Shown: one piece after another, positions 27,473 through 34,452 of the stretch
Layout: every line of letters begins with the position of its first letter
Numbering within the stretch: the stretch's first letter is position 1
IMG/VR virus record: IMGVR_UViG_3300045988_159944
DNA length: 40,587 nt
DNA from: a virus
Reading direction: 5' to 3' (one strand)
Made by a program: the position numbers and the translations under genes
The notes under the pieces: generated by a model
Told to the model about the DNA's origin: nothing
The model's database searches: none
Seen by the model: only the letters and a program-made list of their open reading frames with translations

Positions 27473-27497
27473 AAAAGCCGCCATTTCCGGCGGCTTT
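27473..27497 (-). terminator. Hairpin plus T-run immediately 3' of the tRNA-like end (minus strand)
   Basis: Minus strand reads ...cca ttcgaaagccgccggaaatggcggcttttccttta. Confidence 0.55.
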
Positions 27498-27501
27498 CGA
27501 A

Positions 27502-27556
27502 TGGTGGAGCTGCGGGGAATCGAACCCCGGGACACCAAGCCCGAAAGCCTTGCAAC
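27502..27556 (-). other. attP core: 3' fragment of a tRNA-like gene (best fit is a tmRNA/ssrA 3' end)
   Basis: Minus strand reads ...cggggTTCGATTccccgCAGCTCCACCA, i.e. T-arm, 7-nt acceptor strand, discriminator A and CCA. No matching 5' acceptor strand is found upstream, so it is a fragment. The inner boundary is not determinable from this window. Confidence 0.7.
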
Positions 27557-27564
27557 CGCTTGGA

Positions 27565-28695
27565 TTATGCGGCGTCAACGGTTCCTTCTGACAACATTTT
27601 GACAACATTCCCGCGAAGCAGCAGAGCGTCCATCGCAGCGCCCACCTCGTCGAGGTCGTCGTCGAAAAGGTCGGCGTAGACGTCCAGGGTCATCGCCGCC
27701 GACGCATGCCCGAGCTGGTTCTGGATCGCCTTGACGTTCGCGCCGGACCTGACCATGAGGCTCGCGGCGGTGTGACGCAGGTCGTGATAGGTCAGGCCGG
27801 CAGGCACGCCGGCACGCCTCTTCGCCCACCAGAACCACTTCGTCCTGTCGTTCGGCTGCGCCGTGCGGACGAGATACCCTCCGTCCGGCGCGGGGAACAG
27901 CGGCTCGCCGCCATCCCTTCCACCGCACTGGTCGCGCAACGGCCCGTCCAGCACGCCCGGGAACACCACCCGTCTCGTCTCGCCGGACTTCGGCAGATCC
28001 ACCACCACGCCGTGCCCCACCGTGGTCGCGCTCCTTCTGACGCTCAGCCGATGCCGGACGAAGTCCACGTCGGCGACGTGCAGCCCGGCCATCTCGCCCC
28101 ATCTCAGCCCGCACAGGCCGAGCACGAGCACCATCGTGCGGCGTTCGCCGGATTCGTCGGCGAGGCGGAACAACTGTTCGACGGTGAGGTACGTGTGGTC
28201 CTTGCGTTTCTTGCGTGGGGTCTCGATCCCGGCGCATGGGTTGGATGCGATGAGACGGTCGGCGCATGCGTCGGCGCAGATGCCCCGCAGTATGCCGAGG
28301 TTGCGCAGCACCACGGTCGCGCTTTTGCCCTGCGCCTGGCCGGTGACCCATTCCTGCACCTCGTTGCGGTGGATCGACGAGAGCCGCCGGACGCCCCATT
28401 TGGGTTCCACGTGCACGCGCCATGCGCGTTCCAGGGATTCCACGTAGCTCGCCTTCGAGGACACGCGTTTCTTCGCGATCCATGCCGGCCATAGGCCGCC
28501 GACCGTGACCCTGCCTGCCTGCGGGTCGATGAAGCCGCCCCGTGCGACCGCCATCGTCACATGCTCCGCGGCCCATTCCTGCGCGTCGCGTTTGCGCAGG
28601 AAGCCTCGCTTGCATGTCTGCGACCCGTCCGGCTTGCGGTAGGTCACCCTCCATCGCCTGCCGGCCTTCAGCATGTACGAATCGATCACCGCCAT
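27565..28695 (-). CDS. int: Tyrosine integrase
   Basis: Motifs: ...LGLCGLRWGE...; HDLRHTAASLMVRSGANVKAIQNQLGHASAAMTLDVYADLF (R..H.R.Y catalytic signature). gaggtgg RBS before ATG 28695; the ORF is open to GTG 28710. Confidence 0.95.
   Translation of the reverse strand: MAVIDSYMLKAGRRWRVTYRKPDGSQTCKRGFLRKRDAQEWAAEHVTMAVARGGFIDPQAGRVTVGGLWPAWIAKKRVSSKASYVESLERAWRVHVEPKWGVRRLSSIHRNEVQEWVTGQAQGKSATVVLRNLGILRGICADACADRLIASNPCAGIETPRKKRKDHTYLTVEQLFRLADESGERRTMVLVLGLCGLRWGEMAGLHVADVDFVRHRLSVRRSATTVGHGVVVDLPKSGETRRVVFPGVLDGPLRDQCGGRDGGEPLFPAPDGGYLVRTAQPNDRTKWFWWAKRRAGVPAGLTYHDLRHTAASLMVRSGANVKAIQNQLGHASAAMTLDVYADLFDDDLDEVGAAMDALLLRGNVVKMLSEGTVDAA
27590..27610 (+). repeat. Second gacaacatttt gacaacatt block (candidate arm-type site, P' arm), inside the integrase 3' coding end
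   Basis: Direct repeat of 27381..27402. It encodes NVVKMLS of the integrase C-terminal tail on the minus strand. Confidence 0.55.
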
Positions 28696-28893
28696 CACGC
28701 ACCACCTCACGGCTCCATGCGACCTCGTGGAGCCTCTTTCAAATGTCCGGAACCGGAAAACGACGTCGGATGACCGGACCGCGCATGCCTCCCATGGTTC
28801 TTTCGCCCGGCGGTGAAGTGCAGCATGATGCGCATGCGCTTATGACTGACATTGATTAACATTACTGACATTACCGGCAACTCGCCAAAAACG

Positions 28894-28922
28894 TTGACAG
28901 TGACATTACCCACCGGTAGATT
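28894..28922 (+). promoter_or_regulatory. Promoter P1: TTGACA-N17-TAGATT
   Basis: Consensus -35 and a near-consensus -10. A tgacattacc repeat (also at 28866..28875, with a shorter tgacatt copy at 28847..28853) sits in the spacer. Confidence 0.55.
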
Positions 28923-28942
28923 GAAGGCAAAAGGGAGGTGCC

Positions 28943-29557
28943 GTGGACGATGAGCATGAAGACGATGATGAGAATAATGACGATTCCAGGATTGAGCGGG
29001 ACGCGCCAACTGGAGAATTGCCGCATGGAGTCGATGCGGCACGCGCAGGCAAACCTGTCCCGGCAGACGAGAAGCCGTCTCGTGACGTCAATGATCGGCC
29101 GGGTGAAAGTGGAGAAGGACAAGGCGAGATAACATCCCCGAACGGCGAGGAACTAATGCGCGCACTGTCCGTCCTGATCCAGTCCGGGGTCTCGGAATCA
29201 TACTCCGGCATGCTTCCAAGACCGGCCGATTTCAACGCGTATCCAGCTGACGTCCAGGAACGCATGTGCAGATGGAACGACGCCTTCACCGTCGACGAAT
29301 CAAACCGGCAGAACCGGCTCGTCGAAGCGGAGATAGAGCAGAGCCGCAAAGGCATGTGGTCCAGCGTCATCCTGTTCGCGGCCGCCTTGGCGATGAGCTT
29401 CATCTCGTTCCTCGCCACGTCAAAACCATGGTCGTTCGGATTCCTGGCCGTTCCCGTGGTGTCCATAATCGCAAGCCTGTTCGAGCCGATCGCGTCAAGA
29501 AGCAGCCGGGACAAGGAGAAACACGACGGACGCGAACCGGGAAAAGACAGCCGCTAA
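28943..29557 (+). CDS. DUF2335-like membrane protein, paralog 1
   Basis: GTG start after gggagg. Acidic, apparently disordered N-terminus. Then SGMLPRPADFNAYPADVQERMCRWND......R....EAE, followed by two TM segments. Confidence 0.65.
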   Translation: MDDEHEDDDENNDDSRIERDAPTGELPHGVDAARAGKPVPADEKPSRDVNDRPGESGEGQGEITSPNGEELMRALSVLIQSGVSESYSGMLPRPADFNAYPADVQERMCRWNDAFTVDESNRQNRLVEAEIEQSRKGMWSSVILFAAALAMSFISFLATSKPWSFGFLAVPVVSIIASLFEPIASRSSRDKEKHDGREPGKDSR

Positions 29558-29634
29558 GACAGACGCGGCAATCCATGTTCTGAAAACCAAAGACCCCAGG
29601 CCCCGGCGCTCGCAATATGCTGGCGGTCGGGTCT

Positions 29635-29742
29635 TTGAACTTATTCGGTTTCCTGACGATTACCGAAATCACCGAAATGTGTCAGGATTATCCAGATTGT
29701 GAAGAAACGTTGACGACGCTACCGACGCATCGGTAGATTGAA
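29635..29742 (+). repeat. About 108-bp intergenic repeat, copy A (terminator-proximal leader plus promoter P2)
   Basis: Near-identical to 30332..30440. Contains the accgaaat x2 repeat and the tcctgac-N23-gtcagga inverted repeat. Confidence 0.85.
29710..29739 (+). promoter_or_regulatory. Promoter P2: TTGACG-N18-TAGATT
   Basis: Same -10 and downstream leader as P1; 45 nt are identical (28914..28958 = 29731..29775). Confidence 0.55.
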
Positions 29743-29759
29743 GGCAAAAGGGAGGTGCC

Positions 29760-30287
29760 GTGGACGATGAGCATGGAAACGAAAGCCCTGGCCAAGGGAA
29801 TACGCAGGGGAGCGTCCCTCGTAATGGCGCCGAATCCGACGATGGAATTCAACCGCATCAAAAAGAGGATAGCAAGAACGGACGTGGAAACGTCGTCGGC
29901 CAGGCTGATCGCAGTATCGATGGGAGAAGCGACCCGCAGGACAATGGCGGACAACCGACGATACTAGGATCGCTCTGGGCCGGCGCGACCCCGTCTCCGG
30001 AGGACATGGCCGGTTTCAAAGCCGTCGACCCGACGTTCCCCGAACGCATCATGCGCATGTCCGAAGAGACCGTGCACGCTAAGAACAAGGCGATGCTACG
30101 CTCATCGACACTCGAATCATGGGCGGTTCTCATCACGTCCGCCAGCATGTCCGCATTGCCTTGGGTCATCTGCTTCATAGGCGTCATCAACAAGAACAAC
30201 GCGGCGGCCGTCATAGGCGGCATCGCTGGCCTTATCGGAGCAGGATCAAGCCTGATACAGGCGATCCGCAATAGGAAAGACGACTAA
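29760..30287 (+). CDS. DUF2335-like membrane protein, paralog 2
   Basis: Same GTG start and VDDEH N-terminus as paralog 1. Then GATPSPEDMAGFKAVDPTFPERIMRMSEE, followed by two TM segments. Confidence 0.65.
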   Translation: MDDEHGNESPGQGNTQGSVPRNGAESDDGIQPHQKEDSKNGRGNVVGQADRSIDGRSDPQDNGGQPTILGSLWAGATPSPEDMAGFKAVDPTFPERIMRMSEETVHAKNKAMLRSSTLESWAVLITSASMSALPWVICFIGVINKNNAAAVIGGIAGLIGAGSSLIQAIRNRKDD

Positions 30288-30298
30288 ACGACATCAAA

Positions 30299-30329
30299 CC
30301 CCGGCGCCCACAATATGTGGGTGCCGGGG
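30299..30329 (+). terminator. Strong hairpin terminator after paralog 2
   Basis: ccccggcgcccaca / tgtgggtgccgggg, a 14-bp stem with one G-T pair, followed by a T-rich tract. Confidence 0.7.
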
Positions 30330-30331
30330 CC

Positions 30332-30440
30332 TTGAATTTATTCGGTTTTCCTGATGACTACCGAAATCACCGGAATGTGTCAGGATTATCCAGATTGTGA
30401 AGAAACGTTGACGACGCTACCGACGCATCGGTAGATTGAA
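30332..30440 (+). repeat. About 109-bp intergenic repeat, copy B (plus promoter P3)
   Basis: See copy A at 29635..29742. Confidence 0.85.
30408..30437 (+). promoter_or_regulatory. Promoter P3: TTGACG-N18-TAGATT
   Basis: Identical to P2 through the -10. The downstream leader differs. Confidence 0.55.
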
Positions 30441-30462
30441 AACTAAAACAGGGAGGCGCGCG

Positions 30463-30993
30463 ATGAAGTCCATGACATATGGCGAGGCAAGACAGATTGC
30501 GCGCGATCTCGCAAGGGACACATTGGAGAACTACTGGCCGTCCGGTTCCTATCCGGTGGATCCAGTGGCAATCGCGCGGCGTGCCGGCATAGAGGTGTAC
30601 AGCTCACAACTCGGGACGGATACATGGGGGATGCTTGTCGGCGGCGACAACAACGTCACCATGTACCTCGACAAGGACCAGCCGCTAAACAGAATGCGTT
30701 TCAGCGCCGCGCATGAGCTCGGCCATTACATGACGCACACCACGTCTGACGAGCGGCTTTCAGATTATGTCAAGGCAATACCCGTCGGTAAAGGATACAC
30801 GGACAAACGCAGTGATGCCGGACGTGGCAATCTCTTCGAAGTGATCGCCAACGAATTCGCCGGCGCGCTTCTCATGCCGGAACCCGAACTGCGAAGAATG
30901 ACGAAGGCCGGAGACAGCAACATATCCATAGCAAAGGCATTTCATGTATCCGTGGACGCTGTAGCGTATAGACGAAAGATTCTTGCGCTGTGA
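30463..30993 (+). CDS. ImmA/IrrE-family (COG2856) zinc metallopeptidase
   Basis: gggagg RBS. Motifs: RFSAAHELGHY (HExxH); EFAGALLMP; the typical C-terminal ...IA..F.VS..A...R. Confidence 0.85.
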   Translation: MKSMTYGEARQIARDLARDTLENYWPSGSYPVDPVAIARRAGIEVYSSQLGTDTWGMLVGGDNNVTMYLDKDQPLNRMRFSAAHELGHYMTHTTSDERLSDYVKAIPVGKGYTDKRSDAGRGNLFEVIANEFAGALLMPEPELRRMTKAGDSNISIAKAFHVSVDAVAYRRKILAL

Positions 30994-31406
30994 CGGAGGA
31001 AGAGGACTATTTCGGATGGACTGAAGCGTCGGATGCCGACGATATCCCGTCCATGGAAGACGATTTTGCGCAGCCATCTGATCTGCCTCCGAAGGACGAC
31101 GATTCACAGATCGAGAAATTGCCGGATGATCTAGGGCTGGAATCTTCTTCTCAGCCCGAATCTAAAGACATGAATATGAACATGCTGCTCAAAGCCGCTG
31201 GCTGGCATCCATTCCTCCATCTATTCGTCAGAATCTCGAACATGCTATACGGAAATTATCCGGAATGGCAACGCCCCAACGTCCTCGCGGCAAGACACAG
31301 ACGCATGTTCTGGTACTCATGGGTAAGCGACCAGATAGTCCAATGGCTATGTGTATTGGGAGTCCTGGCGTTCATCAGCGCCACCGCGTATAAGGCGCTC
31401 ACATAA
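30990..31406 (+). CDS. Hypothetical protein with an acidic N-terminus and a C-terminal TM segment
   Basis: GTGA-coupled to the ImmA stop. WLCVLGVLAFISATAY is hydrophobic. Confidence 0.45.
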   Translation: MTEEEDYFGWTEASDADDIPSMEDDFAQPSDLPPKDDDSQIEKLPDDLGLESSSQPESKDMNMNMLLKAAGWHPFLHLFVRISNMLYGNYPEWQRPNVLAARHRRMFWYSWVSDQIVQWLCVLGVLAFISATAYKALT

Positions 31407-31481
31407 TCAGACTTCGGCGCTCGCGGTATGCGGGCGGCCGGGGGTCGGCTATATCTATTGGGTGATGAGAACGCTGTGATA

Positions 31482-32318
31482 TCAGGCCTTTGGGAGCATT
31501 AGCGAGAGTTCGAGCTTCTTGGGTCCCTGTGAGATGAATGCGATGCAACAGGATGGGGATATTCCCAGCCGCGTCTTGTATTTTTCGTATTGGGTCGCGG
31601 TTATGTATCCGATTTCAATGCCGTCCAGCGAAGCCCAGTATGTGGGGCTCCCTTTGTATTTGCCTTTTGGGATCTCGCCTTTTTCCAATGTGACCCATAC
31701 GAATGTGTCGACGCCGTATATTCCGAGCTTGTCCTGATGGAGTTCCTCTCCCAGAACTGAGACCTGATGCTCCGCGTCCAGACAGACATAGCCGGTGGGA
31801 CAGTCGTTCGCAGCGGACGGCGTTGTAGGGGAGCAGTGCAGGATGATTTCGTAACCTCCGCCATTCTTGTGATACACCGCGGCATCGCATGTCGGATATC
31901 TGAGGTTCCTTTCCATCAGTTTCATCCAAGGCTGCCATAGGCGGGTTTCCTCTTTTGCGATGTAGCCAACGAGGATGCCATTGATGGACACCGAAACCGC
32001 ATTCCTGTCGTACTGGTTATTCGGCTCCCTTAATATCGCTGCGGTGAGCATAAGCGTGTTATCCCATTCTCCCATCGGAGAGATTTCGCGTTCATGCCCG
32101 CTGATGGCATTTCTGATTGATGACTGACGGTAACGCTCTCCGACGATTGAGGTTCTTCCAACGGGTGGCATGCGCACGGGCGTTAGACCATCGGCGTTGA
32201 TGTCATCGATTGTTTCCGCGTCGTCATCGACTTGGGTTGAGGGAGCGTCCGCCTTCTCGACTACCGTGATGCAGACATAGGCAATCAACACTCCCAGTAT
32301 GATGATGATTATAAACAT
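31482..32318 (-). CDS. Membrane-anchored protein with tandem HIRAN-like domains
   Basis: N-terminal TM segment MFIIIIILGVLIAYVCITVV. Motif IVGERYRQ...AILREPNNQYDRNAVSVSINGILVGYIAKEE is HIRAN-like. A second, weaker copy follows (VSVLGEELH...WVTLEKGE...WASLDGIEIGYITATQ). Confidence 0.7.
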   Translation of the reverse strand: MFIIIIILGVLIAYVCITVVEKADAPSTQVDDDAETIDDINADGLTPVRMPPVGRTSIVGERYRQSSIRNAISGHEREISPMGEWDNTLMLTAAILREPNNQYDRNAVSVSINGILVGYIAKEETRLWQPWMKLMERNLRYPTCDAAVYHKNGGGYEIILHCSPTTPSAANDCPTGYVCLDAEHQVSVLGEELHQDKLGIYGVDTFVWVTLEKGEIPKGKYKGSPTYWASLDGIEIGYITATQYEKYKTRLGISPSCCIAFISQGPKKLELSLMLPKA

Positions 32319-32393
32319 ATGTCGTGCTCTTCTCTTTCAGGCATATGAAATACCTCGCAATCTTGTCGCGGGGACTTTTCCGTAACGGCGTCG

Positions 32394-32606
32394 TCACGCG
32401 GTGTGGCTGGTCTCGTCGGATTTGGTTTTGACGGAATCGTGATTTTCGACTCCAGTATCCGCATTATGCGTGTGGTCGATGGCGGCGAGGATCCCAGATT
32501 CTTTGATGCCGTCCTTGACGGCCCATTTGATGACGAAATACTCGATCATACATGCGAAAACCGCCACGACGAGTATGAACAAGAAACTTTCTCCGGAGTC
32601 GAACAT
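32394..32606 (-). CDS. Small single-TM protein (70 aa)
   Basis: gggaga RBS. FLFILVVAVFACMIEYFVI is hydrophobic. It lies 44 bp downstream of the ImmA-like gene. Confidence 0.55.
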   Translation of the reverse strand: MFDSGESFLFILVVAVFACMIEYFVIKWAVKDGIKESGILAAIDHTHNADTGVENHDSVKTKSDETSHTA

Positions 32607-32650
32607 AACCTTTTTCTCCCTTCAAAAACGGTCAGACAATAGTCTACGCT

Positions 32651-33088
32651 TCACTGCACACACACGCCGGAATCGTGGAGCAGCTGCCGATAGTCCGTCA
32701 ACACTTGGATCGTGACATCCAATTCGACGGCCATCATCCACATATTGCCTTCATACACCTGCTCCGCCATGCCGTAATCCACCGGGCTGATCAACACCGA
32801 CGCGGTCTCCCTGCGACACCGGAGCTCACATTTGGCGCCGTACGAGGCGCCGCATCCGGGATCGTGATGCCAGGCGTGGATGAGCTCATGGCACAGGGTG
32901 CAGTAGTGTTGGCGTTGGTTGAGCCAGTCGGCCAGCAGGATGAGTTTGTGATGGTCGTCGTACAAGCCGCATATGTCGCGTGGAAGGTCACGCGACATGA
33001 CTGACAGGCCCATGTATTCCGCGTTCCGGCGAAGCTCCGCGATGGTCTTGTTATCCACATTCCTCTCCTCTGAAAAGCACTCTTTCAC
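32651..33088 (-). CDS. ImmA/IrrE-like (COG2856) metallopeptidase, second copy
   Basis: Motif LCHELIHAWHHD (HExxH). Preceded by ...GLYDDHHKLILL.. as in family members. The start is uncertain (GTG 33088, GTG 33058 after gaggagagg, or ATG 33013). Confidence 0.7.
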   Translation of the reverse strand: MKECFSEERNVDNKTIAELRRNAEYMGLSVMSRDLPRDICGLYDDHHKLILLADWLNQRQHYCTLCHELIHAWHHDPGCGASYGAKCELRCRRETASVLISPVDYGMAEQVYEGNMWMMAVELDVTIQVLTDYRQLLHDSGVCVQ

Positions 33089-33198
33089 TGTTTGTCAAGT
33101 TCTGCTTGACAGTTGGAGTGTCGTATGTGATGCTTGAATCAGCTCATCTGCCAAGTTGTAGAAGGAGTTTCCTGGGTCGCTGCGGCGGCCCTTGCTTT

Positions 33199-33732
33199 TT
33201 ATTGGATTGCATCACCTGCTGATGAGGCATTTTCATATTGTCGAATCAGCTTGTTGTAACTGTGCTCGCGGTCGACGTAATAAGCGGTTACAAGAAGGCA
33301 ATACTTCTTGTCCTTATGTGGTTCCAGTACGACAAGGTACTTTTCTGGAACGATAAGAATGTGAACTCTGTTTCGGTGTCCCTTCCTGTACCACCAAGCA
33401 AGTGGTCTCTCGCATACTGAGTATGAGCATTGCGGGCAATTGTCGTAGTGTTCGATTGTCTGTCGTGGGTACCTGATGCGTTCGCATCTGCGAAGGTCGA
33501 CGTCACGTTTTCCTGTGACTTTGTCGTCCACGCTTGTGATATGGAAAAATCCAGCCCATTTTCCATCGCTTTCCTCGAGCTGACGTCGTACGTTTACCCT
33601 CAGTCCATTGAATTCAGGATGGGAATCGATGAAATCGGATTTGAAAACTGAGTAGATGCGATCCTCATACAGGGGGAAATCCTCGAAGGGGGACTTCGGC
33701 ATTAGCTCTGGTGTCCAATGAGGTGAAATCAT
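33199..33732 (-). CDS. Uncharacterised Cys-rich protein, translationally coupled partner of the DUF3800-like gene
   Basis: ATGA overlap with the upstream stop. Contains a CPQCSYSVC cluster. No family recognised by eye. Confidence 0.65.
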   Translation of the reverse strand: MISPHWTPELMPKSPFEDFPLYEDRIYSVFKSDFIDSHPEFNGLRVNVRRQLEESDGKWAGFFHITSVDDKVTGKRDVDLRRCERIRYPRQTIEHYDNCPQCSYSVCERPLAWWYRKGHRNRVHILIVPEKYLVVLEPHKDKKYCLLVTAYYVDREHSYNKLIRQYENASSAGDAIQ

Positions 33733-34433
33733 GAGCGTTTCCCCTCCCAGACGAAGATGTTGAGCTTGCGCGTACCCAGGGTCGTTGACTGGGTGAGCCG
33801 GAGCCTTGATCTCATGCGTATGTAGTCGATGATTTCAGCTTTCGCGCCTGATGGTTGGGGAATGGTCGTCCGGTTCGCCCTGCAGACGGCTCCGTTGATT
33901 ACATCGGTGATCTGCATCATCTGCACTTCGTCCGAACGGATTGGCTGCACCTTCTTGATGCACTCGTGGTTGAAGTCACGATGGCTGTTCGCAAGCACTT
34001 CCTCTAGTTTTTCGGTACGTTGCGCAGAGTGTGTGTCCTTGATGTCCACGTACACGTTGTAGGTGTTTGCGGAATCGAACAGCCTGTCCAACATGGTGAA
34101 ATACATCTTGTAGTACCAATCGTTGTGCGACTGGGACCATGCTTCATGATTCAGACGCGTCTTCTTGGCCACAAGAACACGGAACCTCATGTCGTCATCC
34201 AGGAAGAAGCAGTTCAGCAGATCCTTGTACAGGTCGATTTTTGGCATGCTGGCCTTCGTCCACTTCACTTCCGTACGTGCCTTGACGCCATAACGTGCCT
34301 TGATCTGGAGGATATTCTCCGTGATCTCCTGCCTTTTATCCTTGGGGATGATGAGGGCTCCAAGGACCATCACGTCGCTGTCATCGTGTTCCAGATGACA
34401 GCTCTCATCGCAATACAGGTTGTATTCAGTCAT
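33729..34433 (-). CDS. DUF3800-like protein
   Basis: Internal ATG 34433 after aaagga. The N-terminus MTEYNLYCDESCH matches the i.iDESG start typical of DUF3800. A second acidic/His region follows (YVDIKDTHS; SDEVQMMQITDVI). Confidence 0.7.
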   Translation of the reverse strand: MTEYNLYCDESCHLEHDDSDVMVLGALIIPKDKRQEITENILQIKARYGVKARTEVKWTKASMPKIDLYKDLLNCFFLDDDMRFRVLVAKKTRLNHEAWSQSHNDWYYKMYFTMLDRLFDSANTYNVYVDIKDTHSAQRTEKLEEVLANSHRDFNHECIKKVQPIRSDEVQMMQITDVINGAVCRANRTTIPQPSGAKAEIIDYIRMRSRLRLTQSTTLGTRKLNIFVWEGKRS

Positions 34434-34452
34434 TCGCGTTCCTTTCGATTTG

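Noticed and set aside
27502-27600. A possible complete tRNA gene on the minus strand at the attachment site.
   Set aside because: A T-arm, acceptor 3' strand and CCA are present. However, there is no complementary 5' acceptor strand (GGAGCTG or GGGGCTG), no D-arm, and no canonical anticodon loop (cataatc lacks U33 and a purine at position 37). It is therefore called a 3' fragment and attP core.
27315-27608. ORFs 27315..27602 (+) and 27372..27608 (-) crossing the attP region.
   Set aside because: They run through the terminators, the tRNA-like fragment and the arm repeats. They have no RBS and are most likely non-coding.
27575-28705. 376-aa minus-strand ORF co-extensive with the integrase gene in another frame.
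   Set aside because: It has an Arg/Gly/Pro-rich shadow-frame composition. The neighbouring frame has the full tyrosine recombinase signature.
28938-29132. Alternative-frame ORFs that both begin MPWTMSM (28938..29132 and 29755..29967), which could suggest a conserved small upstream peptide.
   Set aside because: The shared start simply reflects the 45-nt DNA duplication. Downstream the two peptides are unrelated, whereas the other frame carries the DUF2335-like motif, which requires a start upstream of any later ATG. A short uORF function is not strictly excluded.
33174-33200. Hairpin gggtcgc-tgcg-gcggccc followed by ttgcttttt, as a terminator for the DUF3800-partner gene.
   Set aside because: The T-run lies on the plus-strand side, while the upstream gene is on the minus strand, where the hairpin is followed by aggaaac. 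It may be a weak or bidirectional element, but it cannot be called confidently.
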